Part shown: positions 8,992-17,689 of the stretch, one piece after another | Layout: each line of letters opens with the position of its first letter | Numbering within the stretch: the first letter of the stretch is position 1 | Source of the DNA: a virus | Lineage: Duplodnaviria; Caudoviricetes | Direction: 5' to 3' (one strand) | Virus record (IMG/VR): IMGVR_UViG_3300026026_000024 | Coordinates: 1-48,267 of that record | DNA length: 48,267 bases | Notes under the pieces: model-generated | The model's database searches: none | What the model was told of the DNA's origin: nothing | What the model saw: only the letters and a program-made list of their open reading frames with translations | Position numbers and translations under genes: made by a program

Positions 8992-9240
8992 TTAGTTTTT
9001 AAATTTAAACTTCCCGTAATACTGTTCGTGATACCCTTCTTTCAGGTATTTGTCAAAAAACCAACCCATTAAATACGTTAAAAAAAAGGCGGTTAATCCG
9101 GCAATAAAGTAAACAATCGGCTTTACATTGAAAACCTTTAACATAATAACGAGCGTGAACATAAATTGTATCTTCGAAACAAGAAACTGGCCCCAGGATA
9201 ACCGATTTATAATTTTGTTTATTACGTTTTTAAGGATCAT
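8992..9240 (-). CDS. Small two-TM membrane protein
   Basis: Two hydrophobic segments. Confidence 0.6.
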   Translation of the reverse strand: MILKNVINKIINRLSWGQFLVSKIQFMFTLVIMLKVFNVKPIVYFIAGLTAFFLTYLMGWFFDKYLKEGYHEQYYGKFKFKN

Positions 9241-9256
9241 AGTTTGTATTTTATAA

Positions 9257-9634
9257 TCAGTTGTTCAAGTAATTATCAATTATCTTTTTTGCTTCATCAA
9301 ATCCAACTGCAAAGTATGTTTCAAACCCCTTACAGTTTAATTTAGACAATACCCGTTCCTGTTCCCATATATGGTCACTAGAATAATCACCATTGCACTT
9401 CTTTAACTTAACGCCTTCACGCTTTAACTCTATAAACAAGCCGGCACATAATCCACGGGGTTCAGCTATGAAAAGATCAGGCCATGCACGTTCTGACCGC
9501 ATCCGTTTGACCTTTACAGCCTGGCCAATTGTCAGCTTCATTCCACTTGCCAGGTCACAAGTAAACATGACGTGCGGGTATTGATACCGTAGATAGTCGC
9601 AAACTGCAATTTGTAAGTTTTCTTCTTGTTTCAT
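9257..9634 (-). CDS. VRR-NUC / PD-(D/E)xK nuclease (resolvase-like)
   Basis: EENLQIAV...WPDLFI...GLFIELK...GFDEAKKII. Confidence 0.8.
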   Translation of the reverse strand: MKQEENLQIAVCDYLRYQYPHVMFTCDLASGMKLTIGQAVKVKRMRSERAWPDLFIAEPRGLCAGLFIELKREGVKLKKCNGDYSSDHIWEQERVLSKLNCKGFETYFAVGFDEAKKIIDNYLNN

Positions 9635-9635
9635 C

Positions 9636-10028
9636 TTACTTTGTTTCTGATTGTTGGCTTGTTTTTTCAATTACTTCAAAATATTCCTCTGAAACCAATC
9701 CCGTTCCGTCTGGGTGTGGGTCATGATAAAGTTTACCATTTTGATAAATACAGGCATGATGAATTTTATGATTTCTTGGAGACTGTCCAGAAACTATATA
9801 AAATTCATCCTTCACATCGGAATGGCCGGACAACCCATACATTATATAACCCCGTTTAAATAACCAATTTAACATAACGCTCACATACCTATCAGTCCCG
9901 TTATAATACTCCTGCATTTGTATGGCGTCTTCTGCGCTATCCAAATCAAGTAAGCAAGCGATGACAGCAGCCATGCAATTACCGTTTTGTTCGGGTGTAT
10001 GAAGTCTGGTTTGAATTAGCTTTTTCAT
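9636..10028 (-). CDS. Hypothetical protein (papain-like C...H...D motifs)
   Basis: GNCMAAVIACLL...HHACIY...HDPHP. Confidence 0.65.
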   Translation of the reverse strand: MKKLIQTRLHTPEQNGNCMAAVIACLLDLDSAEDAIQMQEYYNGTDRYVSVMLNWLFKRGYIMYGLSGHSDVKDEFYIVSGQSPRNHKIHHACIYQNGKLYHDPHPDGTGLVSEEYFEVIEKTSQQSETK

Positions 10029-10029
10029 C

Positions 10030-10452
10030 TTACTTTGTTTCTGATTGTGGAGGTTCGGGTACATTATTAGTCTCAAAAAAGAACTTACCGCAAAATGGTT
10101 TATCTACCGTTATTCCGAAAGCATCCGCTATCTCATTCATGTATTCTTTGTACCTTATTCGATGCGATACTTTGGGATTCTTCGGGCATTTTGATAATCT
10201 CACGTGAAAGTTCCTCATGTATAATCTGAACGATTCAAGGTTATGCCCTCTTTTGTAATGATTCACAATTCGTAAAGCGGGGAAAAGGTTTTCATCACAA
10301 TCAATAGGGGTATCCATATACCAATGAGCGTGTCTTTTGGGTTCCTGATGATCAATCTGCCAATTATCAACAAGCTGTTTGCCTGTATAAGCACACAAAC
10401 CATTGTACTTGTTATATATTCTATCTCTTTTTGTCATTTTACGTTTATTCAA
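10030..10452 (-). CDS. HNH endonuclease
   Basis: IYNKYNGLCAYTG...WQIDHQEP...NLFPALRIVNHYK. Confidence 0.75.
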   Translation of the reverse strand: MNKRKMTKRDRIYNKYNGLCAYTGKQLVDNWQIDHQEPKRHAHWYMDTPIDCDENLFPALRIVNHYKRGHNLESFRLYMRNFHVRLSKCPKNPKVSHRIRYKEYMNEIADAFGITVDKPFCGKFFFETNNVPEPPQSETK

Positions 10453-10693
10453 TATAACAAGTTGATCCGTGTTTTTTGATTATGTCAGCGTTTCTCAGCC
10501 CATCATTTTCCTTTTTCAGTCCCTCTATCTCCGCATCTTTAGAGACTATCTGAGTGTTTAACTCTGCTATCTGCCTGTCTTTTTCAGTAATCAATGCAAG
10601 TAAAGAGTTTGTAGAGCCAACCGTACCCGTATTGATTATTTTAAGCGTAGGTTCGATTATTCTAATTTTTGGTAATTCAAAGTCTTCAGTCAT
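10445..10693 (-). CDS. Hypothetical coiled-coil protein
   Basis: Start placed at the ATG following the junction repeat. Confidence 0.55.
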   Translation of the reverse strand: MTEDFELPKIRIIEPTLKIINTGTVGSTNSLLALITEKDRQIAELNTQIVSKDAEIEGLKKENDGLRNADIIKKHGSTCYIE

Positions 10694-10713
10694 GGCTGTT
10701 GGGTTTAAAGTTT

Positions 10714-10959
10714 TTATCGTGTCCATTCTTTGTATTCACCCTCTGAAATCTCAATGAAATTTGTTATTACAATTTCTTCAAATTTTAAATGAGCATTGTT
10801 TTCACTTATAAGTTCAATACATTTATTGCGATTCAAAAATGGCATTATTCCGGTAATAGTAATGTTTATTTGCCATGTGCAGGTTGAAAATCCATATTTA
10901 GCCAAATATAATACTATAAAATGCCTTGTGGTTCCGTTCTGTTCCTTCGTTTCATTCAT
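10714..10959 (-). CDS. Hypothetical protein
   Basis: 81-aa ORF bounded by 18-bp direct repeats. Confidence 0.6.
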   Translation of the reverse strand: MNETKEQNGTTRHFIVLYLAKYGFSTCTWQINITITGIMPFLNRNKCIELISENNAHLKFEEIVITNFIEISEGEYKEWTR

Positions 10960-10970
10960 GGCTGTTGGGT

Positions 10971-11351
10971 TTATTTTATTTCCTCAAAATCTACACATTC
11001 TGAATAATACCCGTTTGATTCTCCGAACCATCGGATAGTTATATATCCTTTGATTGTCGCAAATTTGTAAAACGTCCACGTACACGAGCCATATTCATTT
11101 GCATCCTTTGTTCTTTGTATATCCTTATCAGAAGTAGGCTCGTAATTTGAAACTTCATCTGCCATTAAAATCGGTGATCCAATAAGATCATTTAAATCAC
11201 CATCTATATCTTCAATTGATACTGATTCACAACAATCCTGATGATGGAACATACGATACACTTTATATTCTGATGTTATGAAGATAATTTCATCTGACTT
11301 CTTACTAATTGCAGCTAAAGTTTTTCCATGTAATTCAGTTATATCATTCAT
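10971..11351 (-). CDS. Conserved phage hypothetical protein
   Basis: [18 protein letters not shown]...[28 protein letters not shown]. Confidence 0.75.
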   Translation of the reverse strand: MNDITELHGKTLAAISKKSDEIIFITSEYKVYRMFHHQDCCESVSIEDIDGDLNDLIGSPILMADEVSNYEPTSDKDIQRTKDANEYGSCTWTFYKFATIKGYITIRWFGESNGYYSECVDFEEIK

Positions 11352-11405
11352 CTCTTTTGGTTTAGGTTAATTCATTGATTTGTCAGTGTTCATGGGATGG
11401 GGGTG

Positions 11406-11633
11406 TTAATTGTCATTTTCTTCCGGTTTAAACCACCTGCATTCCTTACACAAATAATGACCGTCGCCATCACAATGATTGAACCCCCTATAATTCGCCT
11501 TCATCCCCGGAGAATATGATTTACATGGATTATCTACGTCTCTTTTACCGGGAATCCCATACTTAATTAAACTTGGATTATCCTTTATCCGCTTATAGGC
11601 ATATAATACCAGCCATTTCCAAAAATTTTTCAT
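11406..11633 (-). CDS. Hypothetical Cys/His-rich protein
   Basis: CDGDGHYLCKEC. Confidence 0.6.
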   Translation of the reverse strand: MKNFWKWLVLYAYKRIKDNPSLIKYGIPGKRDVDNPCKSYSPGMKANYRGFNHCDGDGHYLCKECRWFKPEENDN

Positions 11634-11935
11634 CTCTTTTCCTCCTGTTGGGTTTCATGTTCACTAACTCCGTAATTGGCTTTCAACCACTCCATAAAGC
11701 GATTTATTTGCAAGCCATTGCCTGAAATATTTTTTAAAAGATATTTTTCAATCATATCAAAGTTAAGTGATACGTTTAGCATATCTGCCAACTCCTGAAC
11801 TTGTTCTAATTCTATATCTGGGTCATAGCATTGCAAATTAAAATCTGGAGTAACCAACTCAATCCATTCATCATAATCACCAGTTTCCCCAAGCGGGGCG
11901 TTGCGAATTTCTGCTCTGTATTTTTTTGTTTCCAT
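11630..11935 (-). CDS. Hypothetical protein
   Basis: METKKY start after junction repeat. Confidence 0.6.
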   Translation of the reverse strand: METKKYRAEIRNAPLGETGDYDEWIELVTPDFNLQCYDPDIELEQVQELADMLNVSLNFDMIEKYLLKNISGNGLQINRFMEWLKANYGVSEHETQQEEKR

Positions 11936-11936
11936 G

Positions 11937-12119
11937 TTATTTAGTTTGTTTGGTTTCATGTTGGGTTAATTCCCTGACTTCATAATTCACATAAGCACGA
12001 GGCCTATTATTTAATTCGTCACGCTTATTTATAGCTTGTTCATGCGTTAAATTTGATTCAATCACCCCTTCAAAGTGATCATCAAAATATCTTACTACTT
12101 CATACATTTTTGTTTCCAT
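11937..12119 (-). CDS. Hypothetical protein
   Basis: 60 aa, METKMY start after junction repeat. Confidence 0.6.
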   Translation of the reverse strand: METKMYEVVRYFDDHFEGVIESNLTHEQAINKRDELNNRPRAYVNYEVRELTQHETKQTK

Positions 12120-12120
12120 G

Positions 12121-12600
12121 TTATTTAGTTTGAGGGGTTAATTTCAACTGATCGAGAAAATAACAATGCACTTTATATGCCCTTAACCTGGTATTTGATT
12201 TTTCAGAATTATTATTTGGAAATTCATTAGGGTTATTCCAAAAGTTATTTTCCCATTCCGTACGAGTTCGGGTAAAGCAACCTAATTGTATATACTCAAC
12301 CCCTTTGTCTATCCATGAACCTGATGAATATTTGTAAAGATTAATACAGAACATTGCATTATAGTCGCCGATCTTTGCCCTGTCGCCGATCTTTGCTTCG
12401 TCGCCGATCTCTGCCCAGTTGCCGATCTCTGCCCCGTCGCCGATCTTTGCCCCGTCGCCGATCTTTGCCCTGTCGCCGATCTTTGCCCTGTCGCCGATCT
12501 TTATGTTTCTTGCATTGAGCAATGATTCAATGTCTGAGATATACTCATACTCATGTTTTTCCCATTGATAGTTGTTGTTACGTAAATAAATTGTTTCCAT
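12121..12600 (-). CDS. Hexapeptide-repeat (left-handed beta-helix) protein
   Basis: (A[KE]IG[DN]x)n repeats; C-terminal IQLGCFTRT...W. Confidence 0.75.
   Translation of the reverse strand: METIYLRNNNYQWEKHEYEYISDIESLLNARNIKIGDRAKIGDRAKIGDGAKIGDGAEIGNWAEIGDEAKIGDRAKIGDYNAMFCINLYKYSSGSWIDKGVEYIQLGCFTRTRTEWENNFWNNPNEFPNNNSEKSNTRLRAYKVHCYFLDQLKLTPQTK
12364..12502. repeat. 18-bp coding tandem repeat, about 8 units
   Basis: gtcgccgatctttgccct variants. Confidence 0.9.
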
Positions 12601-12618
12601 GTTATTTAGTTTGAGGGG

Positions 12619-12795
12619 TTAATTTCGTTCTATAACTTTCCAGCTTTCGTAACCAATAGGGAACCCCCCTGCTCGGTTTCTAAGAACCTGTTTCGCTTTT
12701 GCAATTACTATTTCATCTTCATCATTCTCATTACAGTTTACTTTTACTTCACCTGAATAAGTGGCAATCTGATATTTTACCGTTGCTGTTTCCAT
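12619..12795 (-). CDS. Hypothetical protein (58 aa; not in ORF track)
   Basis: METATVKYQIATYSGEVKVNC...GYESWKVIERN. Confidence 0.6.
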   Translation of the reverse strand: METATVKYQIATYSGEVKVNCNENDEDEIVIAKAKQVLRNRAGGFPIGYESWKVIERN

Positions 12796-12815
12796 AGTTA
12801 TTTGATTATTTGTGG

Positions 12816-12980
12816 TTAAAGATTAGCAATCATTATTTCCATTTCTTCAATGGTTAATGGCGCGGCTTGTTTTTGTTTCCTTGCTTTTTTCTTATCATAG
12901 AAACATTTTCTCCATCCTTTAGGGTCTATTTTTAACTCTTGAATATGAGTTTTATTCTTTTTTTTATTTTTATACGCCAT
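12816..12980 (-). CDS. Small basic protein (54 aa; not in ORF track)
   Basis: MAYKNKKKNKTHIQELKIDPKGW... Confidence 0.45.
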   Translation of the reverse strand: MAYKNKKKNKTHIQELKIDPKGWRKCFYDKKKARKQKQAAPLTIEEMEIMIANL

Positions 12981-13005
12981 CTCTTTTCAGTTATTAATTA
13001 TAGTT

Positions 13006-14124
13006 TTAAATCATTTCTATTTGGGAGGGGGTTAATGCCTTAAATTCAATAACCCACACGAAAGGATTCTTTTCCCATGAGCTTGGACCGTTGATGTTTT
13101 CCCAAAGGCTTCTATATGATACAATAGGAGATTCATCGTAGGTCGCTTTTTCCCCATAAATTTTATATCCCTTATTAACCATAAAGCCATTTTTCCATTC
13201 TTTAAACTCAATCCCCTCACTTATAGCATCCTGCTCGGTTATATCCTGCAACCGTTCAACCCTTACATTGGTTACTTCAAGAAATATGCGGGCGGCTTCA
13301 CGGGGCATATGGATTGAGGGTTTCCATTTTTCGTTTGTTGGTGTTAAGTCTTGTTCGGAAGTTGCTTTATATTCATAAGGAAACCCTATTGGAAAATTAT
13401 GCCTTTTGGGATGCCATGTTTCCCTTACCCATATTTTCATTCTGGTATACCAAAGCAAACTCTGCTTATAGCGGATTGTGACATTCCCAATATCCTTGCA
13501 ATATGCCTTTGTGAAGCCAATCCCTTTCCTACTACCCAACGAATATGTTCCCGTTCTTTGTCCGTCAATTTGCTCATTGGATGTTTTTCTCCTTCCATTC
13601 CGTGACCATGCAGTTTCCTGTCCTGCCAATTGTCTATTTGTGTTCCCCATTTCAGGTTCTCTGGTTTTGAATTTTGGGGATTTCCGTCCAAATGCCTGAC
13701 TTGCATTCTCATATTCTCCGGCATCCCATGAAACGCCATACAAATTAATCTGTGCGTGTTCTGAGTTACTTTCTTGCTCTGATGACATAAGGTTACAGAT
13801 GAATATCCCTTTTTTGTTATGTGTGGTATTAATGGATACCAATCCACGTACTCCTTTCTCCCAAAGCCTTTGTACTTCGTTCTTGAGTAAATCTGGCCAT
13901 CGCTGCCAGCCCGATAGTCGTCGTTCGGCGATATTGGTATCTGTTTCAAAATCAATTTTTCCATAATTTATTTCATTTATGGATGTAAAGATAACAAAAC
14001 ATCCGTCTTTACGTAAGTGAATATAAATATTTTTATCAACAAATTTTACAATTCTCCTTGTCTGGCTTTTCCTTCCTTCAAGTATGGCTTGCACCATTGG
14101 TGTTGAAAATAAGATTGGTTTCAT
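13006..14124 (-). CDS. ASCH/PUA-like phage protein with a ~180-aa insert overprinted by an HNH gene
   Basis: N-terminal PILFSTPMVQAILEGRKSQTRR; C-terminal WVRETW, WKPSIHMPREAARIFLEVTNVRVERLQDI, NPFVWVIEF. Confidence 0.8.
   Translation of the reverse strand: MKPILFSTPMVQAILEGRKSQTRRIVKFVDKNIYIHLRKDGCFVIFTSINEINYGKIDFETDTNIAERRLSGWQRWPDLLKNEVQRLWEKGVRGLVSINTTHNKKGIFICNLMSSEQESNSEHAQINLYGVSWDAGEYENASQAFGRKSPKFKTREPEMGNTNRQLAGQETAWSRNGRRKTSNEQIDGQRTGTYSLGSRKGIGFTKAYCKDIGNVTIRYKQSLLWYTRMKIWVRETWHPKRHNFPIGFPYEYKATSEQDLTPTNEKWKPSIHMPREAARIFLEVTNVRVERLQDITEQDAISEGIEFKEWKNGFMVNKGYKIYGEKATYDESPIVSYRSLWENINGPSSWEKNPFVWVIEFKALTPSQIEMI
13437..13964 (-). CDS. NUMOD4-HNH homing endonuclease nested in the +1 frame
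   Basis: YRAGSDGQIYS, HRLICMAFHG, VRHLDGNPQNSKPENLKWGT, GEKHPMSKLT, C-terminal HTH. Confidence 0.85.
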   Translation of the reverse strand: MEKLILKQIPISPNDDYRAGSDGQIYSRTKYKGFGRKEYVDWYPLIPHITKKGYSSVTLCHQSKKVTQNTHRLICMAFHGMPENMRMQVRHLDGNPQNSKPENLKWGTQIDNWQDRKLHGHGMEGEKHPMSKLTDKEREHIRWVVGKGLASQRHIARILGMSQSAISRVCFGIPE

Positions 14125-14127
14125 AGG

Positions 14128-15003
14128 TTATTGGTTAATCAGTTTGGGAAATTCAGTTCTCAGAATAAGCCGTTTGTCAAAGAAAGGCACTCCGGCAATA
14201 TCGCATTGAGCAGCGATTGAGGTAATCCATTCAGGTTGCATCGGGCGTTTACGGGGTCCATTCTCCGGACCTGCAATGATCCACCATTCCGATAAATCCA
14301 ACCCAACCCTATTGAATGTTGGAACCTTACTGAAATTTATAGGTCCCAACAAAGGTTCCGAACTCACAAACCGAACCTTTGCCGGTATCTGTAACAGGAT
14401 GGGAATTCGCTTGTCGGCTTGTTCCTGGTTCTCACAGGTTACGCCGAGCCATAAGTTTGTTAACGGCCAACCTGTTGTTTCTTTTGCTGTATGACCAAAA
14501 ATGCGATTATGAAGAAAACAAGCAGCATTATCGGGTTCATCGTCAATAGATATGCCCATTTCGTAACACGCATCTTCAAGGTTAGATGCTATTCCTTCCA
14601 ATGGACGATTGAAATATTCAAGCATACGTTCTGGCCTTTTTGTTAGCACAATGAAAATATGCTTTGTGGATAATGTAGCCCATGTAATTACCTTATCAAT
14701 CCACTCAAACGGCGTATTCTCATTAAACAAATCGCTCATGCTGCAGACGAAGATGGCGCGTGGTTGCTTCCAGTGGAATGGTTTTTCAAGTGCGGATTCG
14801 ACCAGGTGGGTTTTGCCGTTCCATTTTCCGTTGGTTATAACTTTGTCGTATCCTTCAATTCCGATACCTTTAAGCCTGTTTGCCATAATCTCAGCATAAC
14901 AGTGAGCACATCCAGGACTTGTTTTTTCACAGCCGATTTGAGGGTTCCATGTTTCCGGTATATAACCAGGGATGTTGAGCCATCCTATTTTGTGTTGTTT
15001 CAT
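14128..15003 (-). CDS. Gp37/Gp68 (DUF5131) radical-SAM-like protein
   Basis: TWNPQIGCEKTSPGCAHCYA, IFVCSMSDLF, LTKRPER, RFVSSEPLL. Confidence 0.88.
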   Translation of the reverse strand: MKQHKIGWLNIPGYIPETWNPQIGCEKTSPGCAHCYAEIMANRLKGIGIEGYDKVITNGKWNGKTHLVESALEKPFHWKQPRAIFVCSMSDLFNENTPFEWIDKVITWATLSTKHIFIVLTKRPERMLEYFNRPLEGIASNLEDACYEMGISIDDEPDNAACFLHNRIFGHTAKETTGWPLTNLWLGVTCENQEQADKRIPILLQIPAKVRFVSSEPLLGPINFSKVPTFNRVGLDLSEWWIIAGPENGPRKRPMQPEWITSIAAQCDIAGVPFFDKRLILRTEFPKLINQ

Positions 15004-15029
15004 AGGTTATTGGTTTATGCTGATTGATA

Positions 15030-15356
15030 TTAAATACAATACTCCGAAATAGCACTCATTCGCAACGATGTCCGTATGCCAGTCTTTTCAATCATAAGTG
15101 TTACCATGTCGGTTAATTCACTTTCACACTTCTGACCGTACAGGTTGTGAATTACCTTTTTGCAATGATTAGCCGTTGCATGGTCTTTATCAAACCTTTT
15201 AGCGGCATTTACTGGACCGTACACACAGGCGTAAAAGTATATACCTATCTGTCTCGGTCGCACTATATCCCTGAATCTCCGTTCAGTTATTAACTGTTCA
15301 GGTGTAAACCCCGTTACTTCTTTCAATGCCCTGTCAATACGTTCGTCTTTTATCAT
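15030..15356 (-). CDS. DnaA C-terminal-like HTH protein
   Basis: RRFRDIVRPRQIGIY...FDKDHATANH. Confidence 0.7.
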   Translation of the reverse strand: MIKDERIDRALKEVTGFTPEQLITERRFRDIVRPRQIGIYFYACVYGPVNAAKRFDKDHATANHCKKVIHNLYGQKCESELTDMVTLMIEKTGIRTSLRMSAISEYCI

Positions 15357-15796
15357 GATATAATTTTTAGTTTGTTTTTAGCCATGTGTATCCTTCTCTT
15401 TACCGTACTGATATCGATTCCCATGTGATCAGCGATTTCATGGTATTTAAAGCCGAACCGGTGTAAGTTTATAGTATCTTTCAGCTTTTCAGATATACGG
15501 TTTACGTGTGCTTCGATCTCGTTTACAGTGAGTAATGACTCAGCATCATTACACGATCCATTGAAGTTGTCAAGTTCAACCATATGTACACGCTGTTTAA
15601 CTCGGTACTGGTTTATAAACTCATTTTTCATTATCGTTATCAACCAGGACTTCATGTTACGGCCGTCGAATGATTCCAGGCTTCTGTAGGCACGCAAATA
15701 GGTTGTCTGGAGTAAGTCGTTAGCCTTATGTTTATCCCTCGTTAAATGAAAGGAAAAGCGTTTTAAATCGGTATCGTAGTCAATGGGTGTTTTCAT
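15353..15796 (-). CDS. ECF-type sigma-70 factor
   Basis: DLLQTTYLRA, SWLITIMKN, GFKYHEIADHMGIDISTVKRRIHMAK. Confidence 0.88.
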   Translation of the reverse strand: MKTPIDYDTDLKRFSFHLTRDKHKANDLLQTTYLRAYRSLESFDGRNMKSWLITIMKNEFINQYRVKQRVHMVELDNFNGSCNDAESLLTVNEIEAHVNRISEKLKDTINLHRFGFKYHEIADHMGIDISTVKRRIHMAKNKLKIIS

Positions 15797-15836
15797 CTTA
15801 CTTTGTTTCTGATTGTGGAAGTTTGTACGTTTAGTG

Positions 15837-16151
15837 TTACATAAATAGTTTTATTGTTATTGATTCGTCACTTGGTGTATAACTGTATTGATTATGAAAC
15901 CTACATCGTCCAGATTTTCCATTACGGGGTGAATAGTCTTTGCACTGTTTGCCACATGGATTATCAAACGGGTCTGATACATCAGCAAACTCCTGTACTT
16001 CGGTACAAAAGAACACGCCTGATATTTTTTCGGGCTTTGCCTTATATATCTTTAGCTCACTTATCCCATCCTCTTTCATTTTTTCTATCAGGGCGTTACG
16101 AGTATAAGCGCGCTCATCGTCCAACTCAGAAAAATATAATTTACTGCTCAT
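15837..16151 (-). CDS. Hypothetical Cys-motif protein
   Basis: FFC...CGKQCKDYSPRNGKSGRCR. Confidence 0.7.
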   Translation of the reverse strand: MSSKLYFSELDDERAYTRNALIEKMKEDGISELKIYKAKPEKISGVFFCTEVQEFADVSDPFDNPCGKQCKDYSPRNGKSGRCRFHNQYSYTPSDESITIKLFM

Positions 16152-16155
16152 ATCT

Positions 16156-16302
16156 TTATATTTTAGTTGAAATGTTTACAATCGGTTTCTTAACTTCCCG
16201 TGCCATTGCCTCGTCACAATAACGGACAATGTTACGGCATACTTGCTCGGATTTTAACATGCCTGGCAGGGTGGGGTTAGAAGGGGTCTGTTTTTTTTTC
16301 AT
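16156..16302 (-). CDS. Small hypothetical protein
   Basis: MKKKQTPSN... start overlapping the dnaB end. Confidence 0.4.
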   Translation of the reverse strand: MKKKQTPSNPTLPGMLKSEQVCRNIVRYCDEAMAREVKKPIVNISTKI

Positions 16303-17689
16303 CTTCAAATTCGTTTTTAGGTTCATAAAAGTCAGAACGTACTGATACAGGCTGTAACTGTTCATTCTTTTCGTCCTTGAAGTTGCTGCAATATTCATTT
16401 GTGTAAATGTTTACTATTCCTACCGGTCCGTTTCTGTGTTTACTGAAAATCAATTCCACTAAACCTTCTGTGCTTCCATTTTCGTTTTCTGTTTGCCCGT
16501 ATCTTTCAGGACGGTGAATAAATGAAACTATGTCAGCATCCTGTTCAATGTTTCCGCTTTCCCTAAGATCAGATAATTGCGGACGTTTATCACTACGCTG
16601 TTCAACGGACCTGTTTAACTGTGACAAAACGATAAATGGTATGTTTGTTTCTTTAGCCAGTGACTTTATTCCCCTGGTTAATTCCCCTAGTTCCTGATCA
16701 CGGTTTAATCCTTTGGCCCGTGCATTCATTAACTGTAAATAGTCTATAATAACGAGCTTAATACCATGCTTTAAAAGCCTTGTTACCTTTGCCCTCAATT
16801 GAATCAATGTGAGTGCTGGCGTATCGTCAATATGAAATAGTTCCTCGCCAATACCGGAAAGTTTAAAAGCCATTTGTTCCCATTGGTAATCATAAATCTT
16901 TCCTGTCCTTAATTCTGAAGGGCTTATATCAACCTTGTTTGATATTGCTTTATCGGTTATTTGTTTTTTTGACATTTCAAGTGAAAAAAACGCAGTTGGC
17001 TTTTTTGATCGTATTGCTTGCATGGCAAAGAACAATGCTAAAGATGTTTTACCCATTGAAGGTCTTGCCGCCAGAATGATTAAGTCAGTTTTTTGCCATC
17101 CACCAGTTAACCTGTCTACCTTTTGCAATCCAGACGTTACGCCTACTAAAAGTTGTGAATTCTTAGATATTTCTTCTATCTCATTAAGCCGTTCTTTTAA
17201 TAAGTTTTCGAGTGTTTCTGCATTTTCAACATTTGATTCACAAGTCAGTCTGTTTAGTTCAAGTGTATGGCTAACTAAAAGTTCGTCACTATTATTTGAT
17301 TCATCGTAAGCCTTACCAGCTAATTCAGATCCAATTCTTATAAGTTCACGTTTAATGAACATATCCTGAACTATCCTAGCATGATATTCTGAATGCCTTG
17401 AACTTGCAACTTCTGATGTTAATTTTGTTACATATAACGGACCTCCAACCTCATCAAGTGTTTTTAATGATCTTAATTTTTCAGTTACGGTTAATAAATC
17501 AATTGATCTTGTTTCTTTTCTTAACTCCGAAATGGCTGTAAATATTTTTTTATGTTCTTCTTTATAGAATGATTCAGGTTTTAAAATAGCTAATATATCG
17601 TCAATACATTTGCTGTCTATCAACATAGCACCTAAAACGGAACTTTCAACATCCGTTGCCTGTGGTGGTATTTTGCCTAAATCAATCAT
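16277..17689 (-). CDS. dnaB: Replicative DNA helicase DnaB
   Basis: LAARPSMGKTS, FSLEMS, IDYLQL, SQLNR, DLRESGNIEQDAD, KHRNG. Confidence 0.95.
   Translation of the reverse strand: MIDLGKIPPQATDVESSVLGAMLIDSKCIDDILAILKPESFYKEEHKKIFTAISELRKETRSIDLLTVTEKLRSLKTLDEVGGPLYVTKLTSEVASSRHSEYHARIVQDMFIKRELIRIGSELAGKAYDESNNSDELLVSHTLELNRLTCESNVENAETLENLLKERLNEIEEISKNSQLLVGVTSGLQKVDRLTGGWQKTDLIILAARPSMGKTSLALFFAMQAIRSKKPTAFFSLEMSKKQITDKAISNKVDISPSELRTGKIYDYQWEQMAFKLSGIGEELFHIDDTPALTLIQLRAKVTRLLKHGIKLVIIDYLQLMNARAKGLNRDQELGELTRGIKSLAKETNIPFIVLSQLNRSVEQRSDKRPQLSDLRESGNIEQDADIVSFIHRPERYGQTENENGSTEGLVELIFSKHRNGPVGIVNIYTNEYCSNFKDEKNEQLQPVSVRSDFYEPKNEFEDEKKTDPF

Noticed and set aside
9629-12626. Junction repeats as a CRISPR mini-array
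   Set aside because: Spacing is hundreds of bp and the intervals are whole genes; repeats contain start codons and differ between pairs
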